Assembly (NCBI GenBank): GCA_964016885.1
Contig: OZ024744.1
Span: 37,448,001 to 37,512,000 of the forward strand
Direction of reading: 5' to 3'
Length of the DNA: 64,000 nucleotides
Source: Eledone cirrhosa
Lineage: Eukaryota
This document shows, piece by piece, positions 1 through 13,743 of this stretch (the first letter of the stretch is position 1; every line of letters begins with the position of its first letter). A model generated the notes under the pieces. That model was not told the origin of the DNA, searched no databases, and worked only from the letters and a program-made list of their open reading frames with translations. The position numbers and the translations under genes were made by a program.

Positions 1-64
1 AATAAATATGGATATTCTGTTCAAAAGACAGATTATACATTCATACATACACAAAACCCTACAT

Positions 65-116
65 GCATACATTCATACATACATACATACATACATACAT
101 ACATACATACATACAT

Positions 117-188
<72 letters not shown>

Positions 189-818
189 GTGTATGTATGT
201 ATATACATTCATATATATATGTATGTATACTCACATACATATATAAATATATATATATATAAATGTATATGTATGTATGCATACACACACGCGTGCACAC
301 ACACACACATATTTATATACATATATATACATATATATCCATGTACACATACACATATACCAATAAATCATCAATAAATCGAAGTAAGTTCAAATAAAAT
401 GTGATTTAAAATAAATATGAATAATGAATGTATAACTATTTTCTGTACATTTACATTTATATGTTCTTGCACGATATGGTTATCAAACTAACGAAGGAAG
501 ACGTAAAGAAAATAGAAAAAAAAACACAGATTTTTTCTCCTTTATAAATATGTGCAATGAACATTATTATATAACGCCTTCCAATCAGTGTTTTCAATTG
601 GTACATCTTTTGAAAACGAAATTTTCTCTGACTTTTAACAAATATTGTTTCATTATACATTACATAGATAAAGATACGATCATTTTAGTTGAAGAATAAC
701 CATTCATTCCTGCTATAAAACGTTTTGTCTGGCAACTGATATGGAGAAGGAAGAACACAGTAAATGAGATAAAACAAACAGTCAATAAAGCAAACAAACA
801 GACAAGCATTTTGTACGA

Positions 819-893
<75 letters not shown>

Positions 894-1067
894 TAATCGT
901 ACGAAAATGGTTGTTTGTTTGTTTTTTCTCATTTACAGCGTTCTTGCTTCTTCATTTATTCACTTTCCTTTTATATATATATATATATATATCTACAAAT
1001 ATGTACACATATATATATACATTTACAAATGCATATGTATATATTTGTGATCTGGTATTTGTATATG

Positions 1068-1145
<78 letters not shown>

Positions 1146-1209
1146 CATATATGTACATATATATACATATATGTATATACATATATGTATATATATACAT
1201 ATATGTACA

Positions 1210-1257
<48 letters not shown>

Positions 1258-1276
1258 TATATATATAAATATATAA

Positions 1277-1344
<68 letters not shown>

Positions 1345-1604
1345 CATATATAAGGTAAACAGAAATAACAACACAATCGGTACAGAATATGGAAGGAAGA
1401 GTACATACGTACATATATACAAATTCATGCATATTTATATATTTATAAGTACGTGTCTGTTTGTGCAAATACTCGTTATGTAAGCGTAGGTGTTTACATA
1501 TGCAAATATATGTATACGTACACATATTCACATGATCTGTTGGTACATAATCATGCACGTATATATATATATATATATAGATAGAGAGAGAGAGATAGGT
1601 ATTT

Positions 1605-1668
<64 letters not shown>

Positions 1669-1700
1669 AATATGAGAGAAGGAGAGAGAGAGAGAGAGAG
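65..1700. repeat. Compound microsatellite field: (TACA)n, (TA)n, (TG)n, (GA)n
   Basis: Directly visible arrays; they explain the YI/HT/CV-rich ORFs in the track. Confidence 0.95.
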
Positions 1701-1905
1701 AGGGAGACAGAAAGAGAAGAATCGAACCCAGTACTGGCCTAGTATTAATTTTGTAGAGACTTCCTTTAAACTCTAAATGTAGATATTGGCGTCGTCTCAA
1801 CCCAGAGTGCAGCATTCCGGAACGATTTGAACCGAATGATTCTGTAAATTGGCCACCTTCAAAAATTCGGTATGATAGTCGAAATTGGAGGGAAATTTAG
1901 GGACA
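1690..1905 (-). mobile_element. Degraded tRNA-derived SINE-like copy
   Basis: Reverse complement resembles the ccagtactgggt(c)gattcttctct segment of the SINE at 5531. Confidence 0.4.
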
Positions 1906-2480
1906 GGTATACATAGATGTGCACACATTATATACATACATATATATATATATATAAAATATGACAAGAAAGAAGAATACTGCGTGGTTGCACATGGGTT
2001 GCATATGATAAAAATAGTCCTTCGTCAGTGATTTGCCAACCATCATTGATATTTCATCGCATTAAAAATCATATACCTCAGGTTGGTGCGAGCAATAGCT
2101 AAATAAAGCTATTGGGACAAGTAAATCGCGTAAAGCGAGTGAGACAAGTAAACAACATAGAAGTATGAAAGCAACGCAAAGATAGGAATAAACAAGCAAC
2201 ATGGTTATCCGGTCAGCATAAGCTGGGTGGATTTCATTGGCGATCGTGATACCGTCCGACGTGAGTGAGATGTGAGCAAGAAGAGAACCCACTGCAAGTC
2301 AAACGGGAGGAATTGAGAAGGGGAGAAACAGAGAGTGAGTGAGTGGAAGTGCGAGGAAGAGGTCAGTAGAGAGAAAGTGTAACTGACAGAGGGAGCGAAA
2401 GATGGTGAGAGCAACAGATAGAACGGGGAAGCAGTAAGAGAGAAACAGACAAATATATATATACAGTATATATATATACA

Positions 2481-2621
<141 letters not shown>

Positions 2622-2737
2622 TATATATATACACAGTATATATATATGCATATATATATACATACATATATACATACATATATACACATATATATGTATA
2701 TATACATATATATATAGAGAGAGAGAGAGATATACAG

Positions 2738-3719
<982 letters not shown>

Positions 3720-3854
3720 TATATATCTATATGTATGATCATATAGAGAGTGAACGATTGATAAATGGACAAATATAGCCTCAGTTGGATTTCAACTCAT
3801 CACGCAGCCACTCAGATAAAGTACTGTAGGTATTCAACCTAAACCCTCACGTCT

Positions 3855-3918
<64 letters not shown>

Positions 3919-3919
<1 letters not shown>

Positions 3920-4585
3920 TAGACCACCCGTAACCCGTTGGATCACGTTCACATGAAGATATTTTTAAAAAATCATGTTTACTTATAAGTAATTTTTTAA
4001 ATAATTAAGATATACACAGGCATGCATATAATGTGAAATGAAACTGGAAGGTGTATATATATACACGTGTGTGTATGTATATATATAAATGTATGTGCGT
4101 ATACATATATATATATATATGTGTGTGTATATATATATGTGGGTGCCTGTGATCTATATACACTGGTCATAGACACACACTCACACACATATACACACAC
4201 ACATACACATACTCATATATATATATATATAGTTATATGTATATATATATACAAAACAACACCAACAGCTCTCTCTCTCTCTTGCTTTCTCCTTCTCTGT
4301 TTCCACTCCTTTTCTCTATGTTTCTCTTTCAATCTACTCTCTCACAACTACTATCTGATTCTCTCTATCATTGTCGCTCTCTCTGTTTATGAAGATACCC
4401 AGAAAACCCCATATCTCGGGAACCCGTGCTCCGATTTACGCGAAACTTGTTTTATTCCATTTATACTCCCATTTCAGGGTCAACTTCCTTTCAAAGTGTT
4501 CTCCCATTATGCGCCCTTTTGGCTGTATTACGTTACAGACAAGCAAGCAAGCAAGCAATCACAGACTTTTATTATTATATATATA
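3919..4585 (-). mobile_element. Non-autonomous Helitron-like element, family C
   Basis: Minus strand starts ataataataaaagtctgtgattgcttgcttgc and ends ccaacgggttacgggtggtCTAG followed by T. Confidence 0.5.
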
Positions 4586-5149
4586 TGTGTGTGTGTGTGT
4601 GTGTGCTGGTGTGTGTGCGTGCGTGTGTGTGTGCGTGCGTGTGTCTGTATGTGCGTGCGTGTGTGTGTGAGCGCGCGTGTGTGTGCATGTGTGCATGTGT
4701 GTGTGAGTGTGTGTGTGCGTGTGTTTGCGTTCGTGCGTGTGTGTATCGTATATTTATACACATATGTATGCGTCTGCATCTATGTTTTGTTGGTTGAATA
4801 TAATATCATACCGATTAGGAATATGAAATATAATAGTTCGTTGTTGGACAAATAAAAAAAATAAAAATGAATTGAAAAGAAAAGAAATAAAAGAAATGAA
4901 AAAAGATGAAAGCCAACTCAAAATATAGCATAGCATTTATTATCACTACTTGCATACATAACTTACGGAGCCAGCGTAACAAATACTAAATCGATACGAG
5001 CGAAAACGTGGATAGATTGCTTGCTTCTTCAGCCGTTTGGCACTTGACGTTTTGCTGAATTATGAAAACTGTAGTTTGTGGCTAGCTGATGACGGAAGGT
5101 TGAAGGAGTGTGTAAAAGAAAGGAAAGACAGTGAGGGAAATATGGAGGA

Positions 5150-5480
5150 GAGAGAGAGAGGGGGATAGAGAGAGAGGCAGAGAGAGAATGGTAACGAGAG
5201 AAATAAAAAGCATGAGAGAGGAGAGAGAAATAAACAGAGAGAGGGAGAGGGATAGATAGAGAGATAACGAGAGAAATAAAAGCAAGAGAGCGAGAGAGAG
5301 AAATATAAACAGAGAGAGAGAGGGGGAATAGAGAGAGTGGTAACGAGAGAAATAAAAGCAAGAGAGAGAAAGAAAGAGAGAAATAAAAGCAAGAGAGAGA
5401 GAGAGAGAGAAGGGGTGGTAACGAGAGAAATAAGAGCAAGAGAGAGAGTAGGGTGATAACGAGAGAAATAAAAGCAAGCA
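5150..5480. repeat. GA-rich minisatellite, about 5 irregular units with core taacgagagaaataaaagcaag
   Basis: Core recurs near 5192, 5266, 5341, 5419 and 5457. Confidence 0.85.
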
Positions 5481-5530
5481 GCTTGTTGTAGTTACCAAAT
5501 TTGATATTCAGTGGTCTTATTTTTTCATTA

Positions 5531-5965
5531 TGGCGGCGATTCGGCAGAGTCGTTAGAAAGTCGGAGAGAATGATTTGCGGTATTTGTCCTGGCTCTGCGC
5601 TCAGATCAATTTTGATTTTCATCTTTTGGAGATCGATAAAAAAAAAGTACCAGTCCAGTACTAAGGTCGATTCTTCCTCTATATCTCTATCACACTCTCT
5701 TTCTATCTTTCTCTGGAAGAAACCGGCAGTGTTCAGACCAGAAGTGGAGATGGGCCCTATCAGCATTAATGAGTTATGGGTTCAACATATACTCATACAT
5801 TTTTGTTGAGTGTTTTGTCTGTACTACAGAGAAAAAGATCTTAGTGCCTTGTTGTATAAGTTGCATATGTGTTGTGTTAATGTATTGTTGTTTTTATTGT
5901 ATTGAAAGTACTAACATACATGTGCTGTTCCTCGTTCAGCTATAGTTTTTATGTTGTGTATATTT
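5531..5965 (+). mobile_element. tRNA-derived SINE, long-tail variant
   Basis: A-box-like tggcggcgattcggcagagtcgttag, central gatcgataaaaaaaagtaccagtccagtac; near-identical tail at 32365-32625, related copies at 24800-25040 (+) and 27170-27425 (-). Confidence 0.7.
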
Positions 5966-6265
5966 ATCATTATCATCATCATGTCGACTTTCATCGGTCA
6001 GCATTCATAATTATACTTCTCCACTTGTCTCAATCCAACATGGCTTCCGCGAGTTCATTCTTTTCAAGAATCGTGTCTTTATAAACCCGCTCTAGAGACG
6101 TAGCACGAGGCCAATCTCTTTTTCTTCTGTCATGTGTGGGTTTCCATAGTACTAATTCGTGTAATATCTCTATCTCATCTCTTCGCCATATGTCACATGA
6201 CATCATTTTTTTGTTGCTATTATGTATTTGTCTGCGTGGCGTTGGATACCATGTTTCACAGCATC
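5965..6265 (-). mobile_element. Degenerate RTE-type LINE 3' end with (GAT)n tail
   Basis: Minus strand translates to CETW and ELVLWKPTHDRRKR, resembling an RTE C-terminus; (cat)n tail on +. Confidence 0.5.
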
Positions 6266-6605
6266 GAATTACGTCCCATTATGTTCTGATTTCAAATCAC
6301 ACCGAGGTTAACTTTGCCTTTCATCCTTACGGGATCGATAAAATAATGTACCAGTAACACACTGGGGTCGATTTAATTGACTCCTCCCAAAAAATCGTTG
6401 GCCTTGTGCCTAAATCAGAATACACTATTAGTGGATTGGCAGAATCGGTAAAGCGTCAGACACCATGCTTTGCAGCATACAGTTATGGTCCTTTACTTTC
6501 TGAGTTCAAATCCCGTCGAGGTTAACTTTTCCTTTCATCCTTACGGGGTCGAAAAATAAAGCACCAGTAATCTAATTGCTGGCCTTGTGCCAAAAGTAGA
6601 AACAA
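6265..6605 (+). mobile_element. Two tandem tRNA-derived SINEs
   Basis: B-box-like gagttcaaatccc plus conserved core gaggttaactttgcctttcatccttacggggtcgataaaataa.gtaccag. Confidence 0.8.
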
Positions 6606-7079
6606 TTATTATAGGAATTATTTCTATTATCAATACCGACATTCGCGTGATTCCTATTTCGAGAACTTTACGTTCGGTCATTTTCTTGGTTTCTTTGAAA
6701 GATTACGTTATTATGTGTTGGGATTGTTAAGGAGGCAATTCCTCTCCTGGGGACCCCAGTCGATTAACCTCAATCCCCCTGTCTTGAGAGTATTGGTTAG
6801 AGTATTAGCATGTGTTAGAATAAAGTTGCTTTGTATTTCTCTGTAATGTTTGCTCTTGATGTTTCATAATGTTGGTCTAACTTCCATGTCTGTGGATATA
6901 ACATTTTCTATCTAAGCGTTGGCAGCCAGAGACAAAGTGATGATTAAATCTTTCATATGTCCACATATTCTGTACCTCTTCTATTCTGATTCTTTACATG
7001 ATTTTGGTAGTTTGGAAGCTTTGATCCTGTGCTACAATCAAACATTATTTACTATTAGTTTTGAGTTCTGCGTTATTCA

Positions 7080-7405
7080 GTGAATGTTTCGAATCGTGAG
7101 AGTTTCAGACAAAATACCTTGCTGTATTTGTTCTGGTTAGTTACGTATTAAGTTAAGATCCTATTGAAATCGGACTGGTTAGATTGGGTGCACTGGTATA
7201 ATTGTTAGAACATCGGAAAAAAACAACATTTTTTGCAGTATTTGGTTAGGCCCCTTTATGTTGCGAGTTCAAATACCGACGATGTTAACTTGCCTTTCAC
7301 ATCCACTAGGGTTTCACCAAAATAAAATACCAGTTAAATATTGGGATCGATTTAATCGACTTACACATCGCCCCAAATTTCTGACCTCGAGCCTAAATTA
7401 AAAAG
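7080..7405 (+). mobile_element. SINE copies, degraded
   Basis: gagttcaaataccgac...ttgcctttcacatcc...taccagt core. Confidence 0.6.
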
Positions 7406-7832
7406 CGTTTATTTCATTATAAAATCTGTGTATCGATATCATTCAAAACATTCCAAAATGATTTTATTTTTTACCTCTCTGACATATTGTCAATATATTT
7501 AATCAGCCTCACTACTGTCTGACCTCTCTTTCTATATAAACTTTATCACTGTCATGTCTAGCAAACTATGTTGAATACGCTTCGCTGAGTAGATTTTACA
7601 AGATCGAAACATAACCGTTGTTTTACCAACCGCTTTCAAGACGATATCCATTCTTCCCTGTATTGTTTATTTATTTAACTATTTATTTATTTGTGGTAAA
7701 AATTTCGATCGACTGATATTAAATTCTTAAACCCATTCTGGTTACATTTTAGATTTTGAACACACAGACAGTGAGAGGTTTTATTTTCTTATTGCAAAGA
7801 TAGTTGGAGTTAACAGTAATTCTTTCTGCTCA

Positions 7833-8749
7833 TCTATATATATAAAACTGTGGTTGTCTGTCTGTCTATCGATTTTTGGCACACATCTCCTCTTAGAATC
7901 TCTCACGGAATTGCACCGAAATTGCTATACTTATACATTGAGCCCTAGCGAAGACATCGGAAAAAAAATATTTCAAATTGACCCGCCCTATCTGACGAAA
8001 TCGAATATAATGTATCGATTTTTGAGCGTAAGTGATCAGTTATTTCCCTTTGTTCTGTTTACATTGAGCGTCTTACGTAAAAAATTACGCTGGCTTTACG
8101 AACAGTTGTCGAGCCAGCAAAATATTGACCTGCAAAATTCATCAGTTCGAACACTAAGCTTCCGTTTTGCTTCATTTCCATTTAAAAGCATTTTAAAACA
8201 ATATTTTTACTTGAAAACAAGTCTATTTAAAGACTACGTAAAACAAGCAAATATTTCGTCGTTAGGCGTGCAGACAGACAGTCGTGCAGACAGACAGTCG
8301 TGCAGAGAGGTGATATAGGCGTGCAGACAGACAGTCGTGCAGAGAGGTGATATAGGCGTGCAGACAGACAGTCGTGCAGAGAGGTGATATAGGCGTGCAG
8401 ACAGACAGTCGTGCAGAGAGGTGATATAGGCGTGCAGACAGACATAACTGATAATTTGGTTACGCTAATGTTTTTCTCTGCGTTGCAGTGTTTACATTTT
8501 CGATCTTTGTTAATAAATAACCAGTGCAGTTTCTATCCCCAACATCCTCTTTTGTTATAACATTCGGGTTATCGTTATGTTTTCTTAACTTCATAAGGCA
8601 TATTGTTGGTTGAGGGAATATTAATCAAAAACACCACATGCAAGTCTGCACAGTAGACACTACAGTTTTTAAGCCAAGAAAGAAACTTAACATTGTAACT
8701 TTAACACAGCTACTGAGCGACCCCGAGCAACGCCGGGCTTTACTGCTAG
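7833..8749 (+). mobile_element. Non-autonomous Helitron, family A, copy 1
   Basis: Inserted between A and T; 5' TCtatatatataaaac; 3' hairpin cccgagcaacgccggg then CTAG; no TSD; highly similar copies at 42777-43590 and 55777-56836. Confidence 0.85.
8264..8444 (+). repeat. 37-bp minisatellite inside Helitron A (4 full units plus partials)
   Basis: Unit aggcgtgcagacagacagtcgtgcagagaggtgatat. Confidence 0.95.
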
Positions 8750-8934
8750 TACATTATATAAGAGAGACTATATCATACACGTCCACATACATACCTACAT
8801 ATTTCCCTACATACCTACATACATACATATATGCATGCATTCATACATGCATATACGCATACATATTTACACGACTACACACATATATGTGTTTGTGTGT
8901 GTGTTGTAAATATTTTCTAATTTAGTCACAATGC

Positions 8935-9125
8935 TTGCAATTTAGGTGAGGTAAAAGTTGATTGAATTGGCCCCAGTAATTGACTATTACTTTATGTTAT
9001 CGACCCCGGAAGGATGGAAGGCCAAATTGACTTCGGTGGGATTTGAACTCAGGACGTGAAAAATTGTAACTAAATGTTTTAAGGTATTCTATCCGATTCT
9101 CTGCAAATTCTAACAATCCTCCGTG
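8935..9125 (-). mobile_element. tRNA-derived SINE
   Basis: atcgaccccggaaggatggaaggc...gggatttgaactcag is the reverse complement of the core and B box. Confidence 0.75.
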
Positions 9126-9178
9126 TATGTAGTAAATAGACATATGTTATACATGGTGAGGTCATGATTCACTTACAT

Positions 9179-9496
9179 CAGGGGTGTGGAATATATTCAA
9201 CTGGCGGGCCACTTTTGAACATTGGAACAACTATTAGGGCCAGTAATATTTATTAAGCACTATTCCAAAGATTCACCACAACTTCTTTCCATAACATGGA
9301 AGTGGGAAATTATAACACACATAAACCTATCAGTGAAGCCCTTTAGTATAGGTCAACTAACAGAAAATTATATTACTGTTACGAAAAAATTCTGACTATG
9401 CCTATAAGGTAACAATTAAAAATGGTCATCGCGGGCCACTCTGACTGGTCTGGCGGGCCGGATTGTGGCCCACGGGTCGTCTGTTGCACACCCCTG
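9179..9496. mobile_element. hAT-type MITE
   Basis: TIR caggggtgtg/cacacccctg; imperfect 8-bp TSD acttacat/atttacac; gcgggcc subterminal motifs. Confidence 0.8.
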
Positions 9497-9810
9497 ATTT
9501 ACACGAAGTAATTAAACATAGAAAATGAAACACTGTTAGGAGCCATGTTTTGAAAATATCTTTCACGCACTATTAACTTCATCCTGATGAATATGTCAGT
9601 TTCCAGCCGGTGTTGAGTCAAATGAAATTATTTTGAAACTGAAGAATATAGAGCAGTCGATGTGATGGTCATGTAGGACTTATAGAAAGTCAGAGAAATG
9701 TTTATATAAAACCGAAGACGAATGGAACGCCTATTCATATCTCGGTGTCTCTGTGTGTATTTCTCTGCTTGAATGTCTACCTACAAGGGTATTTGAACAA
9801 CACACATTTA

Positions 9811-9845
<35 letters not shown>

Positions 9846-10269
9846 GTGTGTGTGTGTGTTTCCCTCTGTGTGTGCTTCTGTGGGTATGTGTGTATGTGTG
9901 CATGTGTGTGCGTTTGTGAGAGAGAGAGAATGTGTGTGTGTGGGTATGTGAGAGAGAGAATGTGTGTGTAGGGGTATGTGAGAGAGGGAATATGTGTGAG
10001 TGTGTGTGTGTGTCTGTGTGACTGAATGTGTATGTGTATGTGTGCGTGTGTGTGTAAGTGTATGTGTTTTTTGGGCAAGCTGACAGCACCAGAGTTAGAA
10101 TAGCTGCCGAAGATTCTGGCAAAAAATAGAAAGACTTCCGGAAGACAGACAAGGCAAGAATACAATAGGATTAATGTGGATATTTGTCTGCATGCTTTTC
10201 AGTGTCAGTCTATAGTATTTGTGATGGTCTTCATATATCGATGTTTTCCTCATTTTGTTGATAGCGATC

Positions 10270-11220
10270 GCCGTCGTAGTCGTTGTCGACGTCGTAGTCA
10301 TTGTCGACGTCGTAGTCGCTGTTGTAGTTGCCGTAGTAGTCGTTGTCGTAGTCGTTGTCGACGTCGTAGACGGTGTTGTAGTTGCCGTAGTAGTCATTGT
10401 CGCAGTCGTTGTCGACGTCGTAGACGGTGTTGTAGTTGCCGTAGTAGTCGTTGTCGTAGTCGTTGTCGACGTTGTAGTCGCTGTTGTAGTTGCCGTAGTA
10501 GTCGTTGTCGTAGTCGTTGTCGACGTCGTAGACGGTGTTGTAGTTGCCGTAGTAGTCGTTGTCGTAGTCGTTGTCGACGTCGTAGACGGTGTTGTAGTTG
10601 CCGTAGTAGTCGTTGTCGTAGTCGTCGTAGACGGTGTTGTAGTTGCCGTAGTAGTCGCTGTCGTAGTCATTGTCGACGTCATAGACGGTGTTGTAGTTGC
10701 CGTAGTAGTCGTTGTCGTAGTCGTTGTCGACGTCGTAGTCGCTGTTGTAGTTGCCGTAGTAGTCGTTTTCGTAGTGATTGTCGACGTCGTAGACGGTGTT
10801 GTAGTTGCCGTAGTAGTCGTTGTCGTAGTCATTGTCGACGTCGTAGACGGTGTTGTAGTTGCCGTAGTAGTCGTTGTCGTAGTCATTGTCGACGTTGTAG
10901 TCGCTGTTGTAGTTGCCGTAGTAGTCGTTGTCGTAGTCGTTGTCGACGTCGTAGTCGCTGTTGTAGTTGCCGTAGTAGTCGTTGTCGTAGTCGTTGTCGA
11001 CGTCGTAGTCGCTGTTGTAGTTGCCGTAGTAGTCGTTGTCGTAGTGATTGTCGACGTCGTAGTCGCTGTTGTAGTTGCCGTAGTAGTCGTTGTCGTAGTC
11101 GTTGTCGACGTCGTAGTCGCTGTTGTAGTTGCCGTAGTAGTCGTTGTCGTAGTGATTGTCGACGTCGTAGTCGCTGTTGTAGTTGCCGTAGTAGTCGTTG
11201 TCGACGTCGTAGTCGCTGTG
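10270..11220. repeat. 54-bp CpG-rich minisatellite, about 17 units, built from GTN-like triplets
   Basis: gtcgac recurs every 54 bp (10303, 10357, 10411 and on to 11158) with one shortened unit. Confidence 0.95.
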
Positions 11221-11600
11221 GTCGCCGTAGTCGTCGTAGTCGTCGTAGTAGTACTAGTAGGAGTGGTGGTGGCGGTGGTGATGGTAGTAGTGGTGGTGGT
11301 GGTGGTGGTAGTAGTGGTGGTGGTGGTGGTAGTGGTGGTGGTGGTGGTGGTGGTGGTGGTAGTAGTGATGGTGGTGGTGATAGTAGTAGTAGTAGTGGTG
11401 GTGGTGGTGGTAGTAGTAGTAGTAGTAATAGTAGTGGTGGTGGTGCTGGCGGTGTTGGTGGTGTTGGCGGTGGTGGAAGTAGTAGTAATAGTAGTGGTGG
11501 TGGTGGTGGTGGTGCTAGTGGTGGTGGTGGTGCTGGTGATGCTGCTGGTGGTGGTGGTGGTGGTGGTGCTGGTGCAGGTGGTGGTGGTGGTGGTTTGGTT
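11220..11600. repeat. (GTG/GTA)n trinucleotide array
   Basis: Directly visible; in phase with the 54-bp array. Confidence 0.95.
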
Positions 11601-12114
11601 GATACTGTTGATCGCTTTTAAAGAAATGGAGAGTAATGACAGTAGAGAGAAATATGGGAGAGAGCTGAATGAATGACTTGATGTATTGAGTGACATATAA
11701 CCGATTTTATCATAAACGTAAAATGAGGGGGAAAAAATTAAATATATAAATAAGTAAATTAATAAATAAATAAATAGAGAGAATATTCGACCGGTTTCGA
11801 TTCTGTTTACTATGTTGTATGTACATTGAGAAAAAAATATATATATCGACATTTCAACTGAAATATTAGATGGATGGGAATCTTGATATGAATGATTGCT
11901 TCTTATTTAGTTTAACATACATAACAAAGAACTACTATCTTTCATTGAGAATAACTTTACTGAAGAAAAGAAAAGATTAAAAAAAAAAGGTTCGAATATA
12001 AAAGAACGACATCAATCTATAATATAATTCAGCTACGGTCTACTTACGGGTGCAACGTTTTAAGTATCGGACAAAATTGCAAGCACAGTCTATCTATCAT
12101 ACACGCGACATTTA

Positions 12115-12186
<72 letters not shown>

Positions 12187-12187
<1 letters not shown>

Positions 12188-13239
12188 GCTGTTATTCCTT
12201 GAATCTCAGTCATTGATGTTGGTTAACTGGAAAGTCCGTTGGAATGAATATCAAGCCACTACCTGCAGCCTCAGATATTCAGGACGTATCGGAGGGTTCT
12301 TGCTGTTCCAAGCAAGCATGCCTTTTGAAGCGTTCCAAAAAGCGTGAAGGGGCCGATTTTCTTTAACCATCCCTGGAAACTTTTGGAGATAGTCCCCAGT
12401 GCGCCTATGACAATCGGGATCACTTTGACTTCATGGCAGTTCTAAATCCTTTTCACCTCCCACTTTAGGTCCTGGTATCGGTTAATTTTCTCCCTCTCCT
12501 TCTCTTGCACTCTCGTGTCGAAAGGGTAGGCCACATCCACAATCAGACACGATCTTTTTTCTTTGTCCAAACCACCAGGTCAGGTCTATTGTGTTCCAGT
12601 TTTTTGTCCGTCTGTATCCTAAAATCCCACAGCACCTTCACCTGATTGTTCTCCATCACCGCCTCTGGCCTATGCTCATACCATTTCTCAGAATGTGGTA
12701 AATTGTTTACTTTGCACAGGTGCCAGTGGATCACCCTGCCCATCACATCGTGTCTCCAGCCCTTATAGTGGGTCTGGGCTAGGTGTTTACACTCGGACAC
12801 AATGTGAACCACAGTCTCCCCTCTCTCTCCACAGATCCTGCACAGTGGGCTAGCCTCCTCCTTGTAAATATGGTGCTTCAACCACTTCGTTTTGAGGGCC
12901 TGCTCCTGCGCAGCCATTAGCATTCCTTCTGTAGCCTTTTTGAGGTCTCCTCTTCTCAACCAGTTCCATGTCTGTGGATCTCTAAATTCAGTTTTCTCAA
13001 AGAAGGTACTATGAAGGGGTTTTCCCTTAAGGCTGCTCTTCCTCCTTGATGTTATTTCCTCCCTGGACATCCCCTGGCCTACTGTCCCCTCCTTCAGTAC
13101 AGTTCTGAGCATTGGCTCCGTACTATCAGTCACGTATTTGTATAGGTTGTTTTTCTCCATCTGAACACAGTCCTCTATTCCGATAAGACCTCTTCCACCC
13201 TCAGATCTCCTTAGGTAGAGTCTATCGACATCACTCCTC

Positions 13240-13240
<1 letters not shown>
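12187..13240 (-). mobile_element. 5'-truncated R4/Dong-like non-LTR retrotransposon (restriction-like endonuclease type)
   Basis: ORF 12543-13160 has CCHC finger CRICGERGETVVHIVSEC, RHD motif, LWDF and RPDLVV. It continues after a frameshift as LIVDVAYPFD...EK..RYQDL...IPIVIGALG, with one internal TAG. (TAA)n flanks both sides on the element strand. Confidence 0.88.
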
Positions 13241-13305
<65 letters not shown>

Positions 13306-13306
<1 letters not shown>

Positions 13307-13477
13307 GTCGTTGTTGTTCTTTGAGTCTCAGTCATTGATGTTAGTTAACTGGAAAGTTTGTTGAAATGAATATCAAGCCATTACCTGCAGCATCAGATAT
13401 TCAGGACGTATCGGAAGGTCCTTGCTGTTCCCAGCTAGCATACCTTTTGAAGCGTTCCAAAAAGCGTGGCGGCGTCA
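13306..13477 (-). mobile_element. Second short 3' fragment of the same R4/Dong-like family
   Basis: Aligns with 12190-12350 (tctcagtcattgatgtt...aagcgttccaaaaagcgtg); flanked by (ATT)n. Confidence 0.88.
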
Positions 13478-13483
13478 TATTAA

Positions 13484-13523
<40 letters not shown>

Positions 13524-13743
13524 GAATGCTATGGTTGACGGAGGCTCGGCTCTGTAAGGTATTGTAAATTTTGAACGCTATAACAATTGTAAATTGTTTA
13601 AAACTTTAAACAAATTGTAGACAAAAACACCCTCCTCCTCGCTCTTGAAAGGGGTCTTTCTGCCCGTTATTTGGCCATTTCAGGGTTAAATAACCGCTTA
13701 TTGGGGTTTTGTGCCCAATATTTATTTTAAACAAAAAAACAAC

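Noticed and set aside
660-809. Signal-peptide-like small [16 protein letters not shown]... on the minus strand
   Set aside because: Hydrophobicity is expected from T-rich DNA; no splice, homology or codon support.
1975-2040. CTGACGA on the minus strand as a hammerhead core
   Set aside because: No convincing stem II or GAAA follows.
8264-8444. 37-bp repeats as a CRISPR array
   Set aside because: No unique spacers, no cas genes, eukaryotic context.
7854-8925. ORFs repeated at 42565, 43102, 55798 and 56725 as a gene family
   Set aside because: They recur only because Helitron A is repeated; no Rep/helicase motifs, and frames differ between copies.
10176-11676. 481-aa Cys/Arg-rich and 473-aa poly-Val ORFs
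   Set aside because: Alternative frames of a triplet-based tandem repeat.
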